Of a DNA stretch of 64,000 nucleotides, positions 50,381-62,655 are shown in pieces; within the stretch, counting starts at the first letter, position 1, and the number at the start of each line of letters is the position of its first letter. Where the stretch lies: positions 6,944,001 through 7,008,000 of the forward strand of contig NC_058371.1 in the NCBI RefSeq assembly GCF_018350175.1, read 5' to 3'. The position numbers and the translations under genes are program-made. The DNA comes from Felis catus (taxonomy: Eukaryota). The notes below the pieces were generated by a model. It ran no database searches. It was not told where the DNA came from and was given only the letters and a program-made list of their open reading frames with translations.

Positions 50381-51003
50381 AAAAACCCATTCATTGCAAC
50401 CTTTGTCCATCCTGACCACACATAACACTCCTTTCCAAAGATTTTCAGTCATGAACCTTCTACAACTTTCTTTTGCCTTCAGATTTTGTCCCAAGCTATT
50501 TTTCTTCAAACAACCAGTCTGATTTAGGACAAAATTACTTTCTTTTACCTTCAACAAAAATGTACTTCCATTCCTTATATCTTTCTTACACATCTACTTT
50601 TTTACATACAGAGCTGTTTCCCTTATTTCCATCAGTCTTAGCTACATTTAGCAGAATTTTAACTCTTAGACACCTGAGTCTCCAGTGAAAGCATAGTAGT
50701 AACCAATTGTGAACTGTTACTAGAATTCTTTAGATGGCAAATTTATGAATCATTTAAGCACACATGTTTACTAACAGACCCAAATAGTCCTAGTTTCTCA
50801 TCAGTAAGTTAAAAGCACAAACCTACTTTCAGTAATTAATGTTTTAGCTTTCCATTCTGTTTGGAAAAGACCCACATGTCCAATGAATTTAATCCTAATT
50901 TATCAACCAAACAAAACTTTAAAGTTTCAGGTTACCAAAGACTTTGAAAGCTATCTTAACAATTACCCATGAAAAGTTTGAGACAGACAAAATTAACCAT
51001 TAT

Positions 51004-51213
51004 TTTAATCTTTACTTATTTATTTTTGAGACAGAGAGAGATAGAGCATGAGTGGGGGAGGGGCAGAGAGAGAGGGAGACACAGAATCTGAAGCAGGCTC
51101 CAGGCTCTGAGCTGTCAGCACAGAGCCTGACACGGGGCTCAAACCCACGAACCGTGAGATCATGACCTGAGCCGAAGTCGGACGCTTAACTGACTGAGCG
51201 AGCCAGACACTCC
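51004..51213 (-). mobile_element. Can-SINE inside the ERV
   Basis: Flanked by aaccatta. Confidence 0.9.
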
Positions 51214-51632
51214 AACCATTACTTTAAGTCACCTTTTTGCTAAAAAATTGGAACAGAGATAACATGAGCTTATTTGACCTTCAGGAAACCTAGGTAGAAT
51301 AACAGTTTCATATTTAACGCTCATAACTCTAAAGACAGGTTTATCTTAATTAAACCATCAAACTTAAATTAGTTCAAATACAGAATATGTTTCCCTTGGG
51401 TCCACTTAAGACAAATTTTCCCCCATTGTCAATTTTTTTACCTGGAACATTGGTGGGGAAATAGGAAGTAGGCAGTCCAAGGGGGTGCTCTTTGCTCCCT
51501 TACCGTGAGAGTGGGAGGATGAACTGATGGTGCCTGATGGTACCTCAGCCCATTTGCCCTGTTTCCTGCGGAAGAGATCTAACTGCTAGATCCTGCTAAG
51601 GCCATGCAGTGTTACAGAAGATCCGTCCTTTC

Positions 51633-51715
51633 CTAAATTTTGCAGTCAAATTTTTTCCAGTGGGTTAAAAGGCATCCCAAGGGAGAGTCCTTGGGGATCA
51701 AAGAGAAGCTCCCAT
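51633..51715 (-). pseudogene. ERV gag matrix N-terminal remnant
   Basis: ATG GGA, then a frameshift into SLIPKDSPLGCLLTHWKKFD. Confidence 0.75.
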
Positions 51716-52178
51716 GCTCCTCCCATGTTTCCATTACCTCAAAGATCCCCCCCTGAATCCTGAGTGGTGTCCCACACGCAGGATATGACAGAGGTTCCTG
51801 ACATGTCAAAGCGACCCAAGGCATACCTCAAACAAAATCGCTAATATCACCAACCAGCCAACTAAGGGTCTGTGACAGAGGGATGCTAATGTGTCCCCAC
51901 TTCCCCATTGCACCTTGGCTACAAATGGAGGCCAGCATATGGACCAAATTTGCCTTGCTGAGAAGGCCAAGAAACTACTGTTTTTAACCCATGAAAAATA
52001 CTGGAAAAGTTTTACAAGGGGCAATTACCCAACTATGTAATTTAAGTAGCTAGTAGAGGACATTGACCGAACAATAAAGATAGAAATCTATCGTGATTTA
52101 AGTGACAGTCCAGCACATATAGATAGCCTTTACAGCCAACGTCCTAGGAAACTGTCCTCACTTGGGTTTTAATTCCTG

Positions 52179-53331
52179 TCTTCCACACACACAGCAGGAA
52201 GATGCCCATGAGTTTCTGATGTTCGCTCTGGATGCTATGCAGCAAGTGTGTTTGCATGAGGACAAGCCTTCAGAGCCTCAGGCTCAGGACGCCACCCTCA
52301 TCCGGCAAATCTTTGGGGGGTACTGGAGGTCTCAAATCCAGTGTCTCCACTGCCAGGATGTCTCCAGCACTTTGGACCCTTACCTGGACATTAGCCTGGA
52401 TATCGGGGCAGCTCAGAGTGTGAGCCAAGCTTTGCAACACTTGGTGAAGCCCGAACAGTTGGATGGTGAAAATGCCTATCGTTGTAGTACTTGTCTCGAC
52501 AAGGTACCTGCTTCCAAGACGTTGACTTTGCACACTTGCTCCAAGGTCCTGATGCTGGTATTGAAACGATTCTGCCATTTCACGGGCAGCAAACTGGCTA
52601 AGGAAGTGTAATATTCTGAGCGCCTTGACATGCAACGCTACGTGTCTGGGCAGAACGGGGGGTCGCTGACTTACGTGCTCTATGCCGTGCTGGTGCACGC
52701 GGGCTGGAATTGTCACAGCGGACATTACTTCTGTTACATCAAAGCTGGGAACGGCCAGTGGTACAAAATGGATGATGCGAAGGTGACCGCCAGTGATGCG
52801 ACGTCTGCCCTAAGCCAACACGCCTATGTCCTCTTTTACATCCAGAAGAGTGAATTGGAAAGAGACCGTGCGAGTGAGCCAGGTGCTGGGGAATCCACGT
52901 CCCTCCAGGCTGACCACGCAGGCACGGCTGCGGCCCAAGGGGGGCCTGAAACCGACCCCAACATCGAGGTGCCACAATTGGAGGATCACGTGGAAGAGAC
53001 ACCACTGCCAACAATCATGTTAGACCAGTGGAGATTCCTCCAAGAAAGCCACCGTCCCAAGTCTGAATTCAACCTCAGGAAACTAGAATTTGCTCTTCCC
53101 CCCGACGCAGTCCTCATTCACCAGTCCAAATACAGAGATGAGATGGGAAAGGATCACCGTGAACCAAACATCTACCGGCTCAACAGTTCAGCCAGGGACA
53201 TCCCACCTCAGAGGGCAACGGCCATTAACCAAGTCCCTTGTCTCACCGGCAGAGCCAGAGCTACCAAGAGGAAGAACAAGAAGGGACAGAGGTCTCAGGA
53301 AGCAGTGCAGGGATCCCACTACAGGCTTTGA
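52179..53331 (+). pseudogene. USP17L: USP17/DUB-like deubiquitinase pseudogene, 5'-truncated, one in-frame stop
   Basis: [23 protein letters not shown], His box [25 protein letters not shown] and C-terminal [19 protein letters not shown] are present and intronless. TAA at 52609-52611 splits two same-frame ORFs. The Cys box is absent. Confidence 0.92.
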
Positions 53332-54559
53332 GATACATGCCTGCCCACATGCACACTCACCCGCCCTCACTCACTACTCACTCACTCACAGTCCCTTGTA
53401 GGCCACATTTTGTGTGTTGTGGGTGGGTGTGATCGGGGCATGTGGAGGGACCGTGAATCTGGCTGTATTCATGGGGTATGGCGTTCCAGTTGATCTGGAG
53501 AATCCTGAGCTTTAAGGCTGGCTGGCTGTAATGATGTTATTGGAGAGGTGTGGATTATGCTGGGTATTTGGAAGGTTTCTCCCCTCCATCAGCACCGAGG
53601 ATCATTGGGCACTCTCAGAGCCTGAAAGGATCAGAGGAAGTGGCCAATGAGGCATGAAGGTGGAAACAAGGCAGAGCACTGGGAGTCCCTGTGAAAATGC
53701 CTGGGACTCACGGTCCCATCATCCCATTGCCTACTCTCTGTGTATCGGTAAAGTACATGTGCCCAAACATGTGCGTGTGGGGACTCTTGGTGATATCCAA
53801 ACAGGCACCGGCAGGGGAAGGAGTTTGAAACAATCTCAGTGCTTCCACACGGAGCAGTGGCAAATGACCAGGAAACTGGAAGAGCTCTAGCTCTACGTGG
53901 GAGCAGACAGCCTTGTCAGGAATGTCTTGTGTCGGAAGGAGAGGAGCAGAAGGGAACACTAATTCATAACTGTGCAAAGTGTTTCCTTGTATACATAATC
54001 TATTTTGTAAAGTCTCCACATGTTCGTGTGAACATTGGCTAACTGCCTGGAAATGGCCAGGAGCAAACAAATGCTTATGTCTCTGGAGACAGGTGGGTGG
54101 AGCCTTCCTGGCCCCTGTTCATTAGATTAGGTTCCCTTAACAATCCCCCTCCCATGAGGCTGCAGAGCAAATGGGGGAAAGGAACCTTCTTCCACCTCTT
54201 CTTGCTGAGCCACCAAGCAGCTCTACCTTGTTCCGCAGAGTTGACCACCATCCCCCCATCGGACAATCTCCTCCACAAGGGAGGAGGCTCAGGGATTTCT
54301 GCTCAGTTGCATTGCAATCTTGGTCCTCGGTTGTACACCTCAGAAAAACAGTCTCAAGTGGACACCGAGGCGACAATGTGGTATTTCAGGTCAGGGTATG
54401 GATGGATGCTCTCAGTCACACCTGTATTTCTTAGGAGCGAGACTCACTAAATACATTGTTGAATGGGAGTTAGTGCATGATCCTTCAATTCCCCCTAGGG
54501 GAGGGGGGCCCTATAGGAGATCTCTGGTCGTTTGCCAATGGCACTGACAGGGTAAAGCC

Positions 54560-54593
54560 TGTTGTTGCTGTTGTTGTTGTTGTTGTTGTTGTT
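54560..54593. repeat. (GTT)n microsatellite
   Basis: Seen directly. Confidence 0.9.
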
Positions 54594-54754
54594 TCCAGTC
54601 TGCATTAAACATACACACCACACGTAGTGGGAACTAATGTCAGTATTTGAATTTTGTACAGGAAATCATATTGAATTCTGGATGTTCAAATATCATAGCC
54701 GATAGAGGAAAAATACTTTTTCTTAATCTACTTTTAAAATTTATTGGTCTGTTG

Positions 54755-54995
54755 TTTTCATGTTTTATTTAAGCATGAAATAAAATGTTTAAATAAACAG
54801 AGAGAGACACACACACAGAAACAGAAACCGAGTGTGAGCATGGGAGGGGCAGAGAGAGGGAGACACAGAATCCAAAGCAGCTCTAGGCTCTGAGCTGTCA
54901 GCACAGAGCCCAACGTGGAGCTCAACGCCACGAACCATGAGATCCCGACCTGAGCTGAGGTTCGACACTCAACCGACTGAGGCACCCAGTCCCCC
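54755..54995 (-). mobile_element. Can-SINE
   Basis: SINE body and head. Confidence 0.85.
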
Positions 54996-55014
54996 CTCCA
55001 TTTTCCAAATTTAA

Positions 55015-55370
55015 ATCAAATTCAGTTAACATTGAGTGTAGTCTTGGTTTCAGGGGTGGAATTTAGGGCTTCGTCCCTTACATGAAACACCCACTGCCAA
55101 CCCCCACAGGGGCCCTCCATAACACCTGTTGCAAATGGAGCCCACCCACTCCTCCCCTCTAGCAACCCTCACTTTCTTCTCTACACTTAAGGGTTCTCCT
55201 GGGGCACGTGGGTGTCTCAGCCAGTTAGGACTCTGATTCAGTCAGCTCATGATCTCAGGGTTTGAGAGTTCAATCCCCGTGTCCGGTGCTGTGATGACAG
55301 CTCAGAGCCTGGAGCCTGCTCTGGATTCTGTGTCTCCCCTTCTCTCTGCCAATCCCCTGGTCATGCTCTG

Positions 55371-55433
<63 letters not shown>

Positions 55434-55575
55434 TTCAAATACACAAAAAACAATTTTTTTTGAAGAGTCTCCTATGGCTTGCCTCCCTCTGTGATTTTAT
55501 CTTATTTTATTTATTCTTCCCTTGCCCTATGTGCTTCTGTTTTGTTTTTTATTCCACATACAAGTGATTACATGG
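55015..55575 (-). mobile_element. Carnivore L1 3' UTR with a nested SINE
   Basis: ttggtttcaggggt..cacccact..agcaaccctc..ttccacata. Confidence 0.65.
55201..55460 (+). mobile_element. Can-SINE nested in L1, with expanded (CT)n
   Basis: ggggcacgtgggtg head. Confidence 0.85.
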
Positions 55576-55825
55576 CACTTTCTCACTGAAAGAGCTCAAC
55601 AGGGCTAACTGGATGTTAGATCTCAAAAGACATTAACAGGTGAAATATATTTTTCCTGTGGATTTGATTCTAAATTGGGCAGAATCATGGGTAGAATGCA
55701 AAAAGTGTATGTGCATCTGAGCCACGAAGGGAAGCCACAGAAAATAACCATGCTAGGTCATCCTGTAGAAATTTTGGGATCCAACTTTCTCTTCCTGGAT
55801 TAAAATCTGTATATCACACACGCAA

Positions 55826-55826
<1 letters not shown>

Positions 55827-55868
<42 letters not shown>
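55827..55868. repeat. (CA)n microsatellite
   Basis: Seen directly. Confidence 0.95.
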
Positions 55869-55870
<2 letters not shown>

Positions 55871-58800
55871 ATTTGATCTGGATCTCATGATGGCCTCCAT
55901 AAGCATCCAGTCAGCTCCCCAGATGACTATGGCCAGCTCTTCCTGGGTGGTCGTGTGTCACGTGTTCCACCCACACCTGAGGAAGTCCACACCCCTGGCT
56001 TTGTAATCCTTGGGAGAGGTCACAAGAGGGAGTCTTGCACAATGCTCTCTTTCCAGCAGGGGGCGCCGCTGGCCAGCACGGGCATTGCATAGTCTTCCAG
56101 GAGGACCTGGCATTGGGCACTTGCTCAGGCTGGCAGATTGGAGTCTCCATGCCTTGCACTGCAGCCTGAGCATTTCGTGGGGCATAAAGGCGACCATGAA
56201 CATTTACAGAAGGTCTGGTGGGTCTAGGATTCCCTCATTGTGACTCTTAATTTTGGCCATACTGGACCCTGGACTCTGAGCTAAAATAGAGAACCCTGCA
56301 CTGCTCAGGCCACTGGTGATGATATGTTTTCCAGACATTCCTGGAACTTTTATTTCAAAATATAAATCCAGTTAAGTCAAGATGTTAAATTTTTTAAAAT
56401 GTTGACAATTAGCAAAGAAGATTGCATATGGGAAAACCAGTAGGTGGCCTCACGTGGGGTGATGTTGGAGCAATTCTGGCAATAGGAACAGTGTTATTTG
56501 GTCTTGACAAATCCTGCCACCTAAACTGGATTTCTCAAGGAAATTTTAATTCACAGATTTCACCCTACAATTCATAAGGGTATTAATGAGGCTCCAAAGA
56601 AGGCAGTATGACCGTGTTTTCACCTGTTCATGTGAGAGCGCAGGTGTCCTTAAAAGTATGCCTGAAAATGGCGAACACTTCAACTTTCATTAGTTTAAAT
56701 TGAAATCATGTATTTCCTACACAGTAGATCCTGGACATGGCTTTAATCCATAGGTGAAACAAAATATTCTGAAGGAGAAAGCAAAAATGGGTAAAAGAAT
56801 AAGCTATATTCTATGTTCACAATGAAGATAATCTGTCAAAGAGTCCAGGCTACAAAGATGATGAGAAACATGAACCTAAAATATATGTAGAATATACTTA
56901 GAAAACTAAACATTTATGGATGTCACCCACCTGCATCTCAAAGGCATTTGAATTTATACATCATGCACAGAGTATGGCAAATAACAGATACAATTTCAAT
57001 AACAGAAATAGACTCCATAGATAGATAATAGAGACCCGATGAAGACAGGAGAGATACATGATAGACACACAGATAGATGACACATAGACATGACAGGGAA
57101 ACAGGTGGTAGAATGGTTCTTTTGAGACAACTCCCCATCCTGACTACCCACGTGGAAGATTCTGGGCCATTCTGAGATTTGGAGACCAAGACAAGCTGGG
57201 GTGTCATTCAAGTATGAAGGCCAGCTGACTCAAGCCTGGGGAAGAACCCACATGTCAGTACCAAAGCATTCAGACAGGAGCAAAAGTCTAGTCCTCAGAG
57301 ATGAGTCAGCTTCGTGCCCCAGGAAGGCCTGGAATAGACTGGCTGAGGCCACTACATGGAGGAGAGCAATCTGTGACCTCATTCTAATAATGCCAGAGAT
57401 AATACTGTCTAAAACTCCATTGAAAACCCAACAATTTTATAGGAAAAGGTGAAAACTCAATGGAATATATAATCATTGAAAAAACAGGTCCAAGTTTGGT
57501 GCATGTCAATGGATATTTTAAGAAAAGTGAAAGGTGTGCTTCTCCTCTGGGCCCGATAACCACCCCCCCCCCCCCTCAAGAATCTGGTCTGTCCTGAGAG
57601 TGGCTGGTGCCAGGCTGGTACGGTGAAGGGATGGGCTGGTTGTAAGGTGAGACCAACTGGGAGTTGAGAGGATGAGAATTGGGAAGGGTGTGGTGATGGG
57701 TGGGGGAGGGGTAAGAATGCTGCCAGTAAGGGTGGGGCAGTGGTCCCATGCCATTGAGTGAGGCCAGGCTGAGGCCGGGGGAAGCTGTGGGCAGGGCTGG
57801 ATGGCACCAGGCTGGGAGGGGGCCATGCCTTGAGGGCAGTGGACAGAGGCCACAGGAGCAGCCTCCTGGAGAAGATAGGAAAGGCCAAATGAAAAGTGCA
57901 CACGATGTCCAATACATGCCAATCTTCAAGGAGGGAAACCATCCAGACTGCATTGCACTTGGAGGCCCTCCCCCTAGTCCAATGAGAATTCTTGATGCCT
58001 CTCAATGCATCTGTTTGTGATGGATGATATCAGATAACCTATTAATATCATCTAACACAGTTTCCGTGCATGTCATAAAGTCAAAAATCTTTGGCATAGT
58101 AGTTGACCCTCCATGATGCCTTACCGAAGATATTAGGCATTTCATATGTAGAACCCCCAGAGAAGACTTACAACATTGATAATATTATCCACAGTTAAAT
58201 GCGTTGCAAAAGGGGTGTGAGGTTAACAATGTAAAAGAGCAGCCATATGACCTGAATAAAATGAATATTAGAAAAAGAGCCCAATTATTATGGTTTTGTC
58301 AGAAGGAATGAGACAGTAATGGGGCAGTGGGCAGGGCCTGAGTCAGGGGCCGGGGAAAGGGAACAACAGCCTCTGACTCAAGTCACACAGAGTCTGCATG
58401 GATGGAGTTTTGGGTGGGGCTCACCCTGTGACTCCTGTACTTCCCTCCTGGTTTAAGTGACATTGGATGGCCAACAGCTAGTTGCTCTGCCTTCTGGCTG
58501 CACAGATCTGCAGAGAGAGAGAGGGGAGCATTCCCCAAAGAATGCTCTTTAGGGCGAAGGAGCAGGCGTGCGCTCTTCCTAAGGGGGGATTCCTCTCTGC
58601 AGACCTATGGGATTTCCCTGGGTCCTCCTCAGAGTTTGCCCTGAGGGAGAGAAGAAAGATAGCCTGTTCCTAAGGTGATATTTTGACCAGCGCCTGCCCA
58701 GCCTGTCAAATATTGCTGTGTCACAAAATCCTATGGAGGGCAGTAAATCACAAGCCAGGCCTCCAAAAGGCAGCCAATATGTGCATCTCTTGTCATAGGG

Positions 58801-58916
58801 TTCCGGCATATGCATACATGAAGCCTCACCAACGGATCCCATTATGGGCCAAAGACAGACTGAGCCTGCCCAGTGCATATTGGAGGTACGCAGGATCACA
58901 TGGAAGTATTTTTATA

Positions 58917-59128
58917 GTTTATTTATTTTATCTTCAGGGAGACCGGGGGGGGGGGGGGGGGGTGGGGAGAGTGGGGGAGGGGCAGAGCGGGAAGGAGAGA
59001 GAGAGAATCCCAAGCAGGTTCTGCCCTGACAGTGCAGAGCCAGACACCGGGCTTGAATTCATGAGCTCTGAGATCATGACCTGAAATTAGGAGTCAGATG
59101 CTTAACGGGCTGAGCTACCCAGGTGCCC
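58917..59128 (-). mobile_element. Can-SINE with a G run
   Basis: SINE body and head. Confidence 0.85.
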
Positions 59129-59897
59129 AATCACACAAAAATGATTCTAATAAGCATGTATTTATACACTACAGCTGGGTTTGCCTGAGGTTCTGAAAGT
59201 CGAAGCAGACCTAGGTCCTATAAAGCTCCTCTTTCCTGACAGTTAATTAAGCTTTGACAAAGTAAATAATTAAAAATAATCTTCAAAGCTGAGAAAAAAA
59301 CTAATGCACCTTATGTCTTATTTGGAAAATTTTTATTAAATGTGAAAAAAGGAAACATAGCTTCATGATAACATTTAATAACGAAAATGAAGAAAGCGGG
59401 TAATATATTCCCCAGTACAACTGGCACAAAACTACCATCACAGAGTCTACCAAATTAATCTCTGCTTCAAATTTGCAAAGGAAACAGTTGGATCCTTTAT
59501 TCAGAATCCCCAAATTGCACATTTGCAAACCAAATGCATTTAATGTCATAGGTTATATTTACATTGAGGCTTACAACTTATTATTATAATTTCACTAAAT
59601 TTCTTAAATATGTATTTACATAAAATAAACTTTACATCCACGTTGATAAGTATCATGTGAAAAATAACATATATTACCTAAAGAAAAAGTGTGTTCTGCG
59701 TCGGGAGAAGGGATGTATGTATATACACGACACAAGCGTGACATCCAAGTATGACCAGGGCTCCAATTTTGTACATCGAGCCCAACAGGGGAATTGCTGA
59801 TGCACCATATGCCATACCTGAAACCTATTTTCAATTAAATAGTCATCTCCTCAGGGTCACTGAGTTGGAGGTCAAGATTCCAAGGCCATGAGGTGTC

Positions 59898-60839
59898 TCA
59901 CTGCCAATTGCACTCATCTGAGGATGATGAAAGCTGCAGGTGATCAAAGAGGACACTCAATCGGATGCACACACAGCCTCCTTCAGACTGGTGTGTGATG
60001 GGAGGGACCTGACCAGTGGGGGCTGGCGTCTCGGGAGGTGCCAGACAGGGAGCTGCTATGAACCTGGAGTTCCAGCTGCCTTTATCCAGGCGGCTGAAGA
60101 CCATTCCCATGGGCTGGCTGGGTGCCTGTGGACAGGGTGGACACAGGGCCATGGTGCATGCCTGGAGAGTGTCCAATTGAGGTTGGGGGTGGGGAGGCTG
60201 GAGGCTCATGCTTTGCACTAAGGCGGGTGACTTCCTGAGCACGTGGGCTGCCCCCTTGAGACCACATGCCCTTCTCCTTTCTGGACGACACAGACTCTGG
60301 CAAAGCCCCACACGGGGGCATCCTGTGCTCTTGTGGGGTTGATGAAAGGGGGTCCATCGTGGTTTCTTTCGAGGGTTCTGGCACGTGTTGTCGGGGAGCG
60401 GGGCCCATCTCTTGCCTGGTGTCTGGATGTGGGGCTGAGGACTCGGAGCCAAACGGGTTAGAGGAGGATCAGAGCTCACCTCAGGATGCTTGGCTGGTGC
60501 CTGGGCATGGCCAGTGCCCTGCGCCCTAGAGACAGTCTGGAGACCTTCAAGGGAGGCACATCGGGGCCGGTGTTGTCTCAGCTGGACACTGAGGCCTGGA
60601 TCCCAGGCAGAGCGTTGGTGTGCTGGGGCAGGCGGGGCAGGAGGGGCAGGGGTCCCCACTTGCTGGGCATCCTGTCGGCCAGCAGGCGGGAAGGTGCTTG
60701 CCACAGGTCTCCCGAGAGGAGCAGCCGACGGGGACAGCTGTGTCGTGTCAGGTGTCCTGCTAGTAGGCTCAGCCGGGACGTGCGGCTCCAGCACAGACAC
60801 CCTCTTGGTGGTGTACACAGGCATCGGCCTGTGCGGATG
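59898..60839 (-). CDS. FAM90A: FAM90A-like last coding exon (HPHRPMPVYTTKR...MVFSRLDKGSWNSRF...SVLFDHLQLSSSSDECNWQ*)
   Basis: Acceptor ttcccacag|CAT, 942 nt open. PMPV.TTKR, VF.RL..G.W.S and SVL...LQ.SSSS are FAM90A motifs. Confidence 0.88.
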   Translation of the reverse strand, partial: HPHRPMPVYTTKRVSVLEPHVPAEPTSRTPDTTQLSPSAAPLGRPVASTFPPAGRQDAQQVGTPAPPAPPAPAHQRSAWDPGLSVQLRQHRPRCASLEGLQTVSRAQGTGHAQAPAKHPEVSSDPPLTRLAPSPQPHIQTPGKRWAPLPDNTCQNPRKKPRWTPFHQPHKSTGCPRVGLCQSLCRPERRRACGLKGAAHVLRKSPALVQSMSLQPPHPQPQLDTLQACTMALCPPCPQAPSQPMGMVFSRLDKGSWNSRFIAAPCLAPPETPAPTGQVPPITHQSEGGCVCIRLSVLFDHLQLSSSSDECNWQ

Positions 60840-61469
60840 CTGTGGGAACACACAACACACAGACAACGGCCATGAGTCCTTCCTCCCCACCAAGGACACA
60901 TGCACGGCAAGCACAGCAAAGAAACAGACAGAAACGCCAAGACCTCAGTCCATTGCGAACAACTGGGAGAGACAGAGGATGAGGACCTCCAGCTCAATGC
61001 TGATCAGGAAGAAACACTGGGCAGTAGCCCCTTGATGCTTTGATTCCACTGGAGCGACGGACCAGAAAGGTTCTGCATCGTGCCTTTCTCCCGAAGTGGA
61101 CAAGCACGTCCATTCATGCTTCCAGGGAAAGTACAGGCATCCTGCAGGTGGTTTGCGGTGGGGGCTGCTGAGTTCCATGGCTAATTTGGGAGTATGTGTC
61201 ACAAAGAAAGATGCGTGGTCTTCCAGAGAGGCGTCTAGGTGTTGCAAGAGTTTCCTGATATAGTATTCTCACCGCCCTCCCCCACTAGCCACACTGTTAG
61301 CACACATACGAGGGATCCTGCAAAAGCATGGACACCCGGGGGAACTGGGTGAAAAGGACTCCCAGAGAAATCACCTTGGTCAAAGTTGAAACCCCTCTGC
61401 TCCCAGGAGGGCAATGAAGCCCACCCCTGTCCCAGGGAAAGAAGAAGAGCAGGAACAGGGGACACTCAC

Positions 61470-61766
61470 CCTCTCATAGTCACAGGGTTCTGTGGATTCC
61501 CTCCAGGTTCGCTGCTGCCTTCCTGGGCGTCTCCTGGAGAATCTCTGGAACAGCGCCTTCCTCCGCTGACCTTCTCGTCTACACGACAAACCTTGGGAAG
61601 TAGAAGGAGCTGCATTGCCTGTGTTCCACATTCTCCTTGGTTCCAGATTCTCCCTCAGCTTCCTGGAGTCCCAGGCCTGGGGGGCCCGCGGCCCATCCCA
61701 GTGTCTCATGGTGCACCAGCTGCCTGATGCTTTGTGCCCAAAGGCTCTGCAGTTCTTACACTTTAC
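61470..61766 (-). CDS. FAM90A: FAM90A-like middle coding exon with CCHC zinc knuckle (VKCKNCRAFGHKASGSWCTMRHW...ESTEPCDYER)
   Basis: cacacag| to AGG|gtgagt, 297 nt, open, phase 0-0. KCKNC.AFGH......C is the FAM90A knuckle. Confidence 0.88.
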
Positions 61767-61838
61767 CTGTGTGAAGGAAGGTGGAGAGACTCAGTGAATG
61801 AGCAGGAACCAAAATCCAAGTGTAAAGAACATGAGAAG

Positions 61839-62655
61839 TGTGGGGGATAAGCTTAGGAATCCCCTGGGCTTACACCAATGGGTTAACAAGGCATAAAGAA
61901 ATTCAAAGCCATAGAATGCTCACCCAAACACCCGATTTTGGGTAAACCAGATTGGCACCCCTAGAATAGGGAGGTGCAAAGGCACCCAAAATAGAAAGTG
62001 GGTGCAGAGTCCCCAGAATAGAGAGGGAGGGACAAAGGCCCAAATTAGGAACGGGTGCAAAGGCTCCCAATACAAAATTATATGAGGTAAGCAAGATCAG
62101 GCATGCAGGGAAAAAAGGCCCCCCAATTAGTTCTATAGCAGAAAAGCTGCTTTCACAGGAGGAAAAGGCCAAGTTAGGTAAACTAGTGAATTGGACTATG
62201 GATGCTGCGCTGTAGGCCAAGCAGCCTGGAGAGGTGATGGTTAAAAAAAAAAAAAAAAAAAAAAAGTGCCTTGTTAACCCAGAGGCTATTCTCCCTGTCT
62301 GTCTCATCCCCCTAAGCTGGCAAAGATAAACAGGCACAGTGCCTCCTGTCTGCCCTTAACAATTGTCTGCCTATCTGCCCGGGGCCAGGATTTTGTTTAA
62401 TACTGACCCAAACCCCAAACACTGTATATCTTCAAAACCCCCATTTTCCCACACATCCCCTAGTTAATGTTCACAGTATCTTGGTCTCTTTGTGCATGCC
62501 CATCACGTTTGTAAGCCTTCTGATCTTAATAAATAAGGGGCAAGAACCCTGATTTGGGGCTCTTATCTTTGCCCGGAGATTAGCCATCTCTTTCTTTAAT
62601 CCTGTGTCCCCTTTTTCCTGGAAAAAAGAGAACTTTAGACTTAGGCTCTATGACA
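61839..62655 (+). mobile_element. Solo LTR in the FAM90A-like intron, antisense to the gene
   Basis: TG...CA ends, near-TSD gaag/gaaa, AATAAA near 62528, about 27-nt degenerate tandem repeats at 61953-62070. Confidence 0.7.

Larger units (their letters stand above)
45259..52178 (-). mobile_element. Decayed class I (gamma-like) ERV: 3' LTR, env, integrase tail, AT-rich internal region, gag remnant, leader; no 5' LTR
   Basis: LTR 45259-45915 (TGATGA..TCATCA) preceded by the polypurine tract AGGGTGGAGA at 45916-45925. env, pol and gag remnants are in proviral order. Four SINEs are nested inside. Confidence 0.88.

Noticed and set aside
57457-58020. Pro-rich overlapping ORFs, possible PRR23-like gene
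   Set aside because: They arise from G-rich low-complexity sequence; no family motif recognised.
2553-59084. Many short ORFs containing GAPGW, AQVMIS, RERQSMNGGG or poly-X
   Set aside because: They are translations of Can-SINEs, microsatellites or N gaps.
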